Shown: positions 37,379 to 48,850 of the stretch, one piece after another
Layout: every line of letters starts with the position of its first letter
Position numbering within the stretch: the first letter of the stretch is position 1
From: Octopus bimaculoides
Taxonomy: Eukaryota
Reading direction: 5' to 3'
Assembly: GCF_001194135.2 (NCBI RefSeq)
Contig: NC_068991.1
Location: 13,630,884 to 13,694,883, forward strand
Length of the DNA stretch: 64,000 nucleotides
Translations under genes and position numbers: made by a program
Notes under the pieces: generated by a model
Database searches by the model: none
The model's input: only the letters and a program-made list of their open reading frames with translations
What the model was told of the DNA's origin: nothing

Positions 37379-37740
37379 TATTTCAATTGCATGCAATGAA
37401 CCCGGTTTCTCTGAGCTTTCTTTGCACTTAAGTTGATTCATCCTCAGAAGATAGCAAGTCTGGTATTATTTTTACCAATCTTTCGTGAAAATTAGCTATT
37501 AATACATAATATATATAAATTACGTAACAATAATGCAAATATATCAGGTCTAATTGTTAAGTATTACGTAAATGCGTTATAACTGAATATTAAAGTTTCC
37601 CACCTTGGCTAATCGCTTATATAGCAGAGAATTCAATTTAACATCTTTGAACGTTGACTATTAGTCCTGAAAATTTAATATTTAATATATCACATCTGAA
37701 AATTCTAAAATAATAATGTGAATATGTAAGCTCTGATACG

Positions 37741-37915
37741 TTTCAAATTTTAGCATGAGACCAGCAATTTCGGAAGAGGGCTGTAAGTCGAAACAACCAC
37801 CCCAGTGATCAACTGGTACTTATTTTATCGACCCCGAAAGAAAGAAAGGCAAAGTTGGCCTCGGTGATATTTGAACACAGAACATGAAAACGGACGGAAC
37901 ACCGCAGAGCATGAA
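37741..37915 (-). mobile_element. SINE family A, 5'-truncated
   Basis: aactggtacttattttatcgaccccgaaag...aaaggcaaagtt..cctcgg...atttgaac.cagaac. Confidence 0.85.
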
Positions 37916-37950
37916 AAATTAAATATTATCATAATTAAGTATTTTTGTTG

Positions 37951-38242
37951 CTTTTTCCTTCTCGAGCCATGTTTGGGCCATAAGGGCCGGCTTCCTGGTT
38001 TCATTGGCGTATAGGTTCTCCACCTGGAGATGACGCCGGTCCGTCTCGGGTGAGCTGCTTGATGCAGGAGGAGAGAGTGAGAGAAAGTTATGGTGGAAGA
38101 GACACCAGAAGCTCGCCATTACCTTCTGCCGGAGCTGCGTGGAGCTTCGGTGTTTCGCTAATAACCACACACATCGCCTGGTCTGAGATTCGAACCAGCG
38201 ATCCTTCGACCGTGAGTCCGCTGCTCTAAGCAGTTGGCCATT
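37951..38242 (-). mobile_element. Hybrid SINE: family C head and central domain with family D tail
   Basis: gagtgagagaaagtt.tggtg...tgccggagc..cgtggagctt (C, cf. 56188-56290) joined to ccggcttcctggtttcattggcgtat...gacgccggtcc (D tail, cf. 53300-53365). Confidence 0.8.
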
Positions 38243-39599
38243 ATTCCAGTAAAACATTTCGTCCTGTTGTTTGGTGTGAGAAATTTGTGATGTGAACCCG
38301 TGTATTGAAACTGATTTTGTTGTTTCACGGGAGGGACGTTACGCCTATAATAAACGCACTGGTTTTATTTCACTTCTTTTATTATTATTATTAGTAATAT
38401 TTTGTAACACAAGCATAAAGTAAAACATTTCGGAAGAGATGAACAATTTGTCGACCCCAATATTTGTATGCCTTATTCTTTATCGGTCCCGGGAAGAATA
38501 AAGATATAGTTAACTTTGGCGGGATTTGAACGCATCAAATGTTTTTATAATAGTGACCCGGATATTTTATAGTTACCTTACTCGCCCCTATCCCATCGCT
38601 AACCAATAGCAGACATTCGAACTAAACGAGACAAAGAGACAATTATTCAAGTAGCCAGACATAGACAGAGACGGAGAGACAGGCAGCTGAAATCTTTAGA
38701 TTCCTACAGTGAATAAGGTGAAAAAATAGAAAATAGCATAAAATGTAATATAATATAATAAGTCAACTATATTTAGAGAATCGGTCAATTAACAGTTTGA
38801 AATTGTATTTTAAGACATTATTTTAAAAGAGAGGGAAAAACAAAAAAATCCCCAGCAAAAGCGAAAACACACATAAATACAAAAACAACATCCAAGCAAA
38901 ATATACAAGATGGAAAACTTCGGGATAAGCACGAAGCGCTCACACCTCATTATTCTCTGTCGTGTTGAACAACAAATGGGAAGTGTTATGATGGAGATGG
39001 GGTAAAATTTTGAACAAAAATAATTAATTATTAATAGCTTCTAACATACATCACGTATTTTGTGTTAGGGTTATAGTCATTTAAATCAGCCTCGTACATT
39101 ATTAATGCCTTTATATTAACATTAACCCACAATAGCATGCACTTTAGGCTACTGGAGTTAAATCAACTTCAGCATTTGACTGGTACTTTATGTTAAGATA
39201 CAGTCTTGCGTATGACTTTAAACTGCATCCGGTAGTAGGACCCTGGTTCGGAGTTCTAGGATTTCGAGGAGTGTGGAACCACCTCCTAGTCACTATAGTT
39301 TCAAGGTCTACCCTCATCGGGAGTAGTAGCTATCTGTCAGGGCCACCAGCAAGGGGTTAAACATCATGTAACCATCCGGTCCAGGGTACGTTGAAATGGA
39401 GGGAAACAAGCATGGTGGATATGAGCTATTTCGGCAGGTGGATTTATTAAGTCAATGGTGAATATCCCTAGATGCTGAGCGGATGAACAGACGACAAAAT
39501 GTCTGTGGCCGGAATCAACCCGCTCAGTTAGTGAACAACTGCTAACATATGTAGTTGAAGGGACGCTGATGAGAAATTTCAGCCGGAAGCTCCAATACG

Positions 39600-40260
39600 A
39601 ACATTTCAGAGTGTTTGGATGTCAATATGAGGGCAGTGCAATCTGAGGACATGTGCCGAGAGAGATTAAAATCTAACATCATGGTGCTTCGAGTGTTCAC
39701 TAGTGATGGTGGCGTTATGCCTCCATTCATATTCCCACACGGGCTCAAATTCAGCACGAAGGCCTCCTACATGAAGTACCTGGAGGAGGTAGTGCTGCCT
39801 TGGGTGAAGAGGGTGACTGCTGAAAGATCCTATGTCTGGCAACATGACTGTGCATCATGCCACACAAGCAGCAGAACTCAGTCATGGCTGTCAGACAATT
39901 TCTGCGACCACACCATCCCTAACACAACCCTCCAGATTGCAACCCCATTGATTATTACGTGTGGGGCAGAGTTGAGCGAGAGAGCAACAAAACTCCTTGT
40001 AACAGCAAAAATGAGCCGAAGGCGCAAGGATAATGGCAGCATTCACCAACTTAAATAAGGGGACAGTCCAGAAGAGTTGGAGGAGATTCTGAAGTCTTCT
40101 GGAGACCGTGCTTGGTGCCAATGGCGTTATTATTGGACAAATTAACTCTTTAGTATTTCATGATATTTTTATGTAATTTTGGTAAATATATCTGTTAAAA
40201 TGCGATGTCAGTGTTATTCTCATTTTTGCGTAATTTAGACGATAGTCTATTCACCGCACC

Positions 40261-40265
<5 letters not shown>
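39600..40265 (+). mobile_element. maT (DD37D) transposon 3' half
   Basis: IMVLRVFTSDGGVMPPFIFPHGL...LEEVVLPWVKRV...YVWQHDCASCHTS...PDCNPIDYYVWG; ends ...ccgcaccctcTA before (CA)n. Confidence 0.88.
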
Positions 40266-40333
<68 letters not shown>

Positions 40334-40954
40334 CATAGACATTCATTAGAGAACAAACATCAAATTCGTATATAACACCACTCTTCCATGCATTTGATCA
40401 TATATAAACATTACCATGGCTTTCAACATGTAAAAGAAATGCATATATAAAAGCACAGACGGTAAAAAATAGATATGCACTTAAAAACACAAAATATATA
40501 GAACGACCTATCAAGAAAAGTTATATACAATCGACTAAAAATAAGTAATCAAAATGAATTACTAAAGCGTGTCATCCGACTAAAAAATAAAAAAAGTTAA
40601 AAAATATATCATTCGACTAAAAAAAGTTTTTACTCCCCTCAATCAAAAATATGTCAAAATAGTTCGTTTCATAAAAACCATGGTAGGTTGAAGTCCAAGG
40701 AGCGTAAGAGAATTCCATAAAATCAAGTCAAAACACATCTATGGTCATTTCGGAGGTTCACTGCCGCGGTCCGATTACGAGCTAAAGTACATCTCAGCAA
40801 TGACTCCCTCATCAGGTTGAACAGGTATCTCAACAATTAGTCGTTCACAGACTTTTTTTTTTTTTTACATATTTTTAAATGAGGGGAGAGAAAACATTTT
40901 TAGTTGATTGATATATATTTTTTAATTCTTTTACGATTTTTAGTCGCTTGGCAC

Positions 40955-41345
40955 GCTTTAGTAATTCATTTTCCTGATGGTAGTGCTATCTTCCAAGACG
41001 ATAATGCACAGTTTATCATAGTTAATTTTATTCAATATTCGTACAAAGAGCACAAAAGAGAAGTAGACCTATTGTACTGGCCCCGGTAATCACCGGATTT
41101 CAACACAATCGCCCACTTATGGCGCATTTTGGAGTAATTAGTTAGGAGCTACTTCCCTCCTCTATCCTCAACGAAAGAAGTAAAGCAAGTTTCACTTAAA
41201 GAATGGTTCCGAATGCCCCTAACAGCCACTGAAGCCAATTCCTCGATGTATTAAGCTGTGACTGATTCCTAAGGTGAACTGACAGCGTGTTAAGTATAAG
41301 TTCCATTCAACGACATGTTTCCATAATTTTATCCACCCTAGTGTT
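40955..41345 (+). mobile_element. Tc1-like (DD34E) transposase C-terminal fragment with right end
   Basis: FPDGSAIFQDDNA...LLYWPR*SPDFNTIAHLW..LE.LVRS.FPP; ends gtttccataattttatccaccc. Confidence 0.85.
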
Positions 41346-41416
41346 AACACACACACACGCGTGCGTGCGTGTGTTTGTGTATGTGTGTGTACATACACAC
41401 ACTCACACATACATGT

Positions 41417-41642
41417 GTAACGGCAGACGAAATATCGCTAAGCATTTCGCCCGGCGTGCTCACGTTTCTGCCAGCTCGCATTGTTTGTCTTTACGTTCTG
41501 AATTCAAATTCCGCCGACGAGTTGGACTTTGCTTTTCATCCTAACGGGATCGATAAATTAAGTACCAATTGTATACTGAGGTCGATCTAAACTGGCCCCC
41601 TCCCCCCAAAATTTTGGGCCTTGTGCCTAGAGTAGAAAAGAA
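41417..41642 (+). mobile_element. SINE A with inverted 5' head
   Basis: 41417-41479 is the reverse complement of the A head; 41480-41642 is the A body in forward orientation. Confidence 0.85.
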
Positions 41643-41658
41643 TATAAATTTACTCATA

Positions 41659-41696
<38 letters not shown>

Positions 41697-41699
41697 TCT

Positions 41700-41920
41700 G
41701 AGTTTGTCCCTCACAACCACTTGACAACCACTGTTCGTTTGTTTATGTCTCCGTAACTTAGTAGATCGGCATAAAGAGACCAAAATAAAGAGTACCTGAG
41801 TTTTAAAAAAATGTACTGGGGTGGATGTGTACGACAAAGCCTGAGGTGGATGTGTACGACAAAGACGATACCCCAGCATGATCGCAATCTATTAACTGAA
41901 ACATGTAACAGATAAAATAG
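41700..41920 (+). mobile_element. SINE B 3' half with a 20-bp internal tandem duplication (ggtggatgtgtacgacaaag x2)
   Basis: ttgacaacc...gtctccgtaacttag...ccccagcatgatcgca. Confidence 0.75.
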
Positions 41921-41927
41921 AAATACA

Positions 41928-42011
41928 CGCAGGATAGTCGAGCGGTCTAAGGCGCCGCGTTCAAGTCGCAGGCGGGTCTTCCCAGTGTTGGTTCGTATCC
42001 CACTTTTGACA
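41928..42011 (+). pseudogene. tRNA-Leu pseudogene, anticodon CAA (41962-41964)
   Basis: caggatagtcgagcggtctaaggcgccgcgttCAAgtcgcag...ggttcgtatcccacttttgaca; long variable arm (ggg-tctt-ccc); acceptor, anticodon and T stems have mismatches; T-loop TTCGTAT. Confidence 0.85.
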
Positions 42012-42163
42012 AGAATTTCTTTCCCTGTAACTTAGCGATTCAGCAAAAAGAGGCCGATAGAGTGAGTACTAGACTTAGAAAGAATACATCCTGGGGTCGA
42101 GTTGCTCGAGTGAAGGCGGTCTTGCAGCATGACTACGGTCAGATGACTAAAACAAGTAAAAGA
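42012..42163 (+). mobile_element. SINE B tail fused directly to the tRNA-Leu copy
   Basis: ccctgtaacttagcgattcagcaaaaagaggccgatagagtgagtactagac...gactaaaacaagtaaaaga. Confidence 0.85.
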
Positions 42164-42204
42164 AACACACACACACACACACACACACGTGCGAGTGTGT
42201 GTGT

Positions 42205-42290
42205 ATCAAATTCACTCTATAGCCGAAGTGCCGCGCAGTGGGACTGAACCTGAAGCCACATGATTGGAAAGCGAGCTTCTTAACTATGAG
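42205..42290 (-). mobile_element. SINE B head fragment
   Basis: gtgccgcgcagtgggactgaacc...ccacatg.ttggaaagcgagcttctt. Confidence 0.75.
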
Positions 42291-42879
42291 CACAAATACA
42301 TATTGCATGCACACAACACGCACAGACACGAACACACACGCACACAAACATAGACATTTGCTCTTAGACACACACGTACATGCACACACACACGTGCACA
42401 CACAGACAACAAAACGAAATCATATAACACAAAGCTCACACACAAAGATAAACTGTTGACTCAGACACCCACACATACATACATCTACGAACGTAACCAA
42501 CACCTACACGTTGACTCACTTATACACAGAATAAAGATTTATTACATATTCACACAAACACTCACGCATACATTTACACACACGCACACATTCGCACACC
42601 GTCATGTACAAACACACAGCGCGTTCACAAACTTGCATCTGAGACGCATACACCATACACAAACCAACTTACATACGTACAGAGATACATAAATACACAC
42701 ACATAACGAAGCATAATCCCTCGCTTCAACGCACACACGACCACACATACATCATGACACGCATACACACAGGTTCATGAACACCTAATACATAGTTTAT
42801 TACCTCTCTGTTAGTCTGTCTGTCTGACTCTCTCTCTCTCTCTTTCTCACATACACAAACGCCCATGCACCCGTCCACG

Positions 42880-42968
42880 AACCGTATTCCCGAGCGTCAT
42901 ACTAATATATCCTTTTGTTGTTTACACCACCTGTCCTCGTCTGTTGTTGTTTTTTCGTACATTCTCCC
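42880..42968 (+). mobile_element. Family E 3' end (opposite orientation to 43159-43655)
   Basis: cccgagcgtca.actaata...tttgttgtttacaccacctgtcctcgtc...ttctccc then (TA)n. Confidence 0.75.
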
Positions 42969-43158
42969 ATATATATATATATATANNNNNNNNNNNNNNN
43001 NNNNNNNNNNNNNNNNNNNNNNNNNNNNNNNNNNNNNNNNNNNNNNNNNNNNNNNNNNNNNNNNNNNNNNNNNNNNNNNNNNNNNNNNNNNNNNNNNNNN
43101 NNNNNNNNNNNNNNNNNNNNNNNNNNNNNNNNNNNNNNNNNNNNNNNNNNNNNNNNNA

Positions 43159-43655
43159 TAGGTTGGGTGAGAATTCACGAAAAATATAAAAGACGAAGAC
43201 AGGTGGTGTAGACAACAAAAAGATGTATTAGGTTGACGCTCGGGAAGTGAAAAAGTCTTCAACGTTTCGAGCCTACGCTCTTCCACAGAAAGGAACACAG
43301 AAAGAAACAAGGAGAGAAAATAAAGAATGTGTTGTGGCTAGTGATCTATCATGGCGAATGCCGGACAGAAGGGTAACACAGGAGAGCTAGGAAGAAAAGG
43401 AGATAATGAAGTAATGGTGATCCCAAAATGAAGGTGCACGTGCGTGTGTATAAGAGTATGTATGTGCGTGTGGGAGAGGACTGGTGACCTTGACCTGTGC
43501 GTGTGTGTATGTGTAGGTGTCAAAATGTGGAGCTGGGAAGTGGTCAGTGCTGGTGTGTGCGTGGTGGTGTGTGCGTGGTGTGATGTGTTGTGTTGTATGG
43601 TGGTGTATGGTGTAGTGGTGTGTGGTGTGGTGTGATGGTGTTGGGAGGTGGGGAG
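43159..43655 (-). mobile_element. Penelope-like terminal repeat (family E)
   Basis: Homologous to 6112-6300; same ctgtggaagagcgtaggctcgaaacgtt motif. Confidence 0.55.
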
Positions 43656-43658
43656 GCG

Positions 43659-43714
43659 AGAATCCGGAACCATGTGGCTGGTAAGCAAGATATTTACCAC
43701 AGCCACTCCTGCGC

Positions 43715-43716
<2 letters not shown>
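43659..43716 (-). mobile_element. SINE B tRNA-head fragment
   Basis: ccggaaccatgtggctggtaagcaag...accacagccactcctgcgcct. Confidence 0.8.
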
Positions 43717-43766
<50 letters not shown>

Positions 43767-43831
43767 ATAGCACCATGTCCTGGCGTTATTATTTTTTCTT
43801 ATCTTTTATCACCGTTTTTTGTAATTAATTG

Positions 43832-43943
<112 letters not shown>

Positions 43944-44516
43944 AAGAAAGGGGGAGAGTGAAACAGAGCGAAAGAGACATATAACGGAACTCAATCACAC
44001 ATACTGACACACTTGTATAGTCTGTGAACCTTCATCACGTCTAAAGAGAATATATAAAGGAAATAGACAGACATACACTGTTAAACATAGAAAACAAAAC
44101 ACACGCACACACATTAACACATACACATACCAACACACACATGTGCGCCTATACACGCATACACACACATGTATACATATACTCACTCACGGCACAAACA
44201 TTATTAACACACGGCTAGCTGTAAGATGCAACTACTTAAGATGTCAGTCCTCTTACACCTGACTCCTCCACACGTCTAATTTATACAGACACACACACAC
44301 ACACACACACACACATAAACACACATACACACACATACATACAGATGTACGTGTGCTCACCCACACACGCACACACATGCTCACACACACACACACAAAC
44401 GCACTTCACTGTTACTCACACAGATATACTGTCACACGCAACTACATACAACCAAATACATACACTCCTACACGCTCACATGCATACAATTACCTCGATA
44501 CCCAGTACCGAAGCAT

Positions 44517-44611
<95 letters not shown>

Positions 44612-44667
44612 CATAAATACAATTGCCTCGATTCCCGCTTCGAAACACACAGACACATACACGCACT

Positions 44668-44906
44668 TTGTTGTTGGCACTCCGTCGCTTACGACGTCGA
44701 GGGTTCCAGTTGATCCGATCAACGGAACAGCCTGCTTGTGAAATTAACGTGCAAGTGGCTGAGCACTCCACAGACATGTGTACCCTTAACGTAGTTCTCG
44801 GGGAGATTCAGCGTGACACAGTGTGACAAGGCTGACCCTTTGAATTACAGGCACAACAGAAACAGGAAGTAAGAGTGAGAGAAAGTTGTGGTGGAAGAGT
44901 ACAGCA
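44668..44906 (-). mobile_element. SINE family C, 5'-truncated
   Basis: Close match to the reverse complement of about 63035-63276. Confidence 0.92.
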
Positions 44907-45121
44907 CCAAATACGCCACCAAATACGAGTGTGTATAACATTTCTCGCCTAGACAAGCATGCCTCCCCATCAGTACGCATATACACACCTATACAAATAT
45001 AACTGAATAAAACTATTCAAGAACACAAATGCACCCTCAATTACTCATCTCTACACCCACGCACATACACATACATATCTACACACAAACCCACGCACCC
45101 ACGCGTGCACACACACACATG

Positions 45122-45153
<32 letters not shown>

Positions 45154-45531
45154 TGTATGTATGTATGTATGTATGTACATATACACAGATCAACACACCT
45201 CCACAGGAAAGACTTGTACAAACACTTAGGAATATTTTCTTATTTATTAACATTGAATAACAATATCTTAAAGAATTTTCCTTATCGATTTATTAATGTT
45301 TTCTTGTAGGTGGGTATTAGCTTACGTGTATATGCGTGTGTATATGTACATGTGTATATATGTGGATATGAAGGAGTTTGTATGTTTGTATGTGAAGGTG
45401 TGTAGTTTGCGTGGGAGGACCTGTATTTGTAAAGGAGCGCGTATGTGCATGTGTATGCGTTTGTATATCTGTTTAGTGTATATATGCGAGTGGTGTATGT
45501 GTGTGTGAGAACGAGCGTGTGCCTATGAGTG

Positions 45532-45610
<79 letters not shown>

Positions 45611-46641
45611 TAGATAATATGAGAAGCTTAAGCTGCAAGGAACTCATATAATGGTTGATACGATCTACATACGGAGCAAGACTCTAAAGAATGAATCAGG
45701 AAGCGACAATGAATACGTGGAGGAACACACTCAATTCCGAACCACAAACGGAAGCTTATAAACAACTACATAAACATCCCAATAACAGAATGTTTAACCT
45801 AAGTTGACATGGCCATTTCTTCATCATCTGCCTTATTTAAAATCATTGTAGTTTCGACACCTAGGTGTACTATTCAAACCAACGATGTCGACAGAGCCAA
45901 AACAATATTTGAGCTCTTCCCAGAATTATTAAGATAATAAAATAAACACCACACACATGCACTTATAATAGAACAGAATCCACAGTACATAACATATGCA
46001 TATTTCCAAACCAACATCGATGTAAAAATAGTTTTATGCCTGAAATAGAAAAGGATAACTCATTACGATAATTGAAATTAAAGGACAAACAAAACATTAG
46101 CGTACTGGTTGATAAACGAATTTAAATAAAAGGAATAAACTGACTATTGCTAAACTATACTTATGTTTTAAATAACTACAAAGGAGGAATAAATAGAACG
46201 ATAAAAGACAATTGCACTAGCGTTAATTAAGCAACAAGCTAATTAAGTTCCTATCAACGTAAAGAAAAATCACAAACTAACTTCGCATCATCTAGCTAAC
46301 ACACGTGTTGCAATTCTCAGCGATTCTAGCGCAGCATACATATGTGAACTATGTGGAAGCCTACCATCCAAAATAAAGCCTAAAAATTATCACGCTGAAA
46401 CAAATTAAAAAGTTACAGAAACATTAAACAAACGAAATTTCATAAAAGAAATAAACAAGCGTGAACTACTGTGAAGTAAACTTACGTCTTGAATACTATT
46501 AAAATGGAATTAAATGAAATAGAAACGGCCAGTAAACAATATGTCAAATGAACTACAAACAGCGTAAAGAAAAATCACGTCCGTTAATCTCACCACTGGC
46601 TAACACGTGTGTCGCATATATCTGCATATAACCATCTAAAT

Positions 46642-46999
46642 CAGTGGTTCTGAACCAGGGTTAATATAGCCCCTGACGGTCCATATAATATGTTTGGAGG
46701 TCCACAGAACATAATAGTAAATTGAAGATCCACGAAAGTATTTTAAGAGTCACCGAGAAATATTTGATTTATATGCATGTATTAGTATGTATTGCAAGAA
46801 ACAGCTGGGTTTGTTTCTCTAACAATTTTTGTAGTTCAACTTTCACAAGTAAATGTGTGAAAAACAAAATACGAATTTTGAAAAAGGTTTCTAGAAAACA
46901 AGATTTTAAACATCGAATGGCTATGGGGTGGGGGAGGGTCCACCAGAATAAAATAATAATCAAAGAGTTCTATAGAGAAAAATGGTTGAGAACCCCCTG
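46642..46999 (+). mobile_element. hAT/Charlie-like non-autonomous DNA transposon
   Basis: TIRs cagtggttctgaacca / tggttgagaaccccctg; perfect 8-bp TSD atctaaat at 46634-46641 and 47000-47007 (close to the NTCTAGAN Charlie target). Confidence 0.92.
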
Positions 47000-47465
47000 A
47001 TCTAAATGATCAAACGTTCTTCTCAACAGCATACTTTAAAATGCCCCAGACCAGCTATATCGAAAGTATAGGTGGTGACACAAACACAAAGGGAGATAAA
47101 CACCCTAACACTGACGAGACTTACACTTCAAACAAAGAAAGTCGATAAATACTTATTAATAGCTAAGAATTACTAAATGCTTTGTGGGTGTAGTTGCTTA
47201 AAATAACACTCAGTATTTAATAAATTATTATGTTGACCAAAGCATCAATGGAAATTTTAATAATTCATACTGGTAACCACATGCTTCGATGATTGTTTCA
47301 CTCTATGAATAAATCAATAACGTTTATCACATCTAATAACCTAACTGGAAAATACCCTGTAGCCTATTCTAATTGAAATGCACTTCAATGCAATGACATT
47401 ACTGCGACCGGAAAATCAAAATTGTCAGTCTGATTATGTACCTTGGTAAAAATGTTATTATTATT

Positions 47466-47608
47466 CGAGGCCCGAAATTTTTGGGGAAGGGACCAGTCGA
47501 TTAGATCGATCCCAGTACGCAACTGGTACTTAATTTATCGACCCCGAAAGGATGAAAGGCAAAGTCGACCTCGACGGAATTTGAACTCAGAACGTTAACA
47601 GACGAAAT
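47466..47608 (-). mobile_element. SINE A, 5'-truncated, with perfect 17-bp TSD
   Basis: aaaatgttattattatt at 47449-47465 and 47609-47625. Confidence 0.92.
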
Positions 47609-47633
47609 AAAATGTTATTATTATTACAACACT

Positions 47634-47848
47634 TAAGGTGGCGAGCTGGCAAAATCGTTAGCACGCCGGGCAAAATGCTTAGCGGCATTTCTTCCGGCTT
47701 TACATTCTGAGTTCAAATTCCAGCGTCGACTTTGCCTTTCATCCTTTTGGAGTCAATAAATTAAGTACCAGTGGATTACCGGGGTCGGCGCAATCGACGA
47801 GTTCCGTCCCACAAAATTTCAGGCCTTCTGCTTTTAGTAGAAAAGATT
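47634..47848 (+). mobile_element. SINE family A
   Basis: taaggtggcgagctggcaaaatcgttagcacgccgggcaaaatgcttagcgg...agtagaaaagatt. Confidence 0.92.
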
Positions 47849-48174
47849 ACAGCATTCACTGTAACGTCTAAGTATTTTTCAGCTACATCTCCGGCAACTC
47901 GGTTTCTGCTTGCCTCCAGATCACTTGGATATATTTTACACAAAGAATTTGTAAATAGAAACGAAAATATCAATTTATCTACAGCAACCACTAAACGGTT
48001 TAATCCACCACACCGGTTCTTTTCTTCCGGCATAAATTAATGAAATCAAACTCACATAAAGATTAATGCCGGCTAATTGATAAGGGACTACATTATCATC
48101 CATAGAAGTTCTTTTTATTTGCTTAAAACGGTATCTGCAAAAGCAACGTTTTCGTTATTAACATTGAACCTAAT

Positions 48175-48395
48175 TAAGGCAGCTAGCTGGTAGAATCGTT
48201 AGCACACCGGACAGAAATGCTTAGCAGTATTTCATCCGTCTTTGTAATCTGAGTTCAAATTCCGCCGAGATCAAGTTTACCCTGCATTATGTTGGGGTCA
48301 ATAAAATAAGTACCAGACAAGTACTGGGGTTGATGAAATCGAATAGCCCCAACCCCACAAATGTCACGCCCTGTATGTATAGCAGAGAAGGTTAA
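48175..48395 (+). mobile_element. SINE family A
   Basis: taaggcagctagctggtagaatcgttagcac...gagttcaaattccgccgag...taagtaccag. Confidence 0.85.
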
Positions 48396-48429
48396 TCGTA
48401 ATTATCTATTTCAGAGTCCAACAAATAAA

Positions 48430-48850
48430 TCCATTCTGTCCTATTCTAGATAGAAAACCTTTGTCATTCTTCATTAAGACGTAGTTAAATCTGTTTCCCA
48501 AAATCTGTATCTTCTATTTTGAATCAATTCCTTCAATTAATTTAGAACTCTTTCCTTCACTTTATTTAGTCTCAAATTTATATAAAGTGTGAAAAAAATC
48601 CACAATAAAGCATGGATATTATGAATCATTGTAACACTAATTTTTTTTTTCAAAACGTCCATACCTAATCGTAAACTTTCGCCAAAACCTGTGTGTATTA
48701 TTTTGTGATGTCTTACAAAAGCTGATCTTACTACAGTCAATACTTCATTAATTAAAATGGCTACTTGTTTATCCATACATTGCCTTGGACCAGTAATAAA
48801 TCTATTTTCATAAGGCTTCTTAAGCAATTAAAGAATTCAGAATAATCTAG
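48430..48850 (-). mobile_element. Decayed L1/Tx1-like RT fragment
   Basis: FITGPRQCMDK...SAFVRHH...GFGESLRLGMDVL resembles GFxxGRxxxD...KAFDxVxH...GFGxxFxxWI. Confidence 0.35.
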
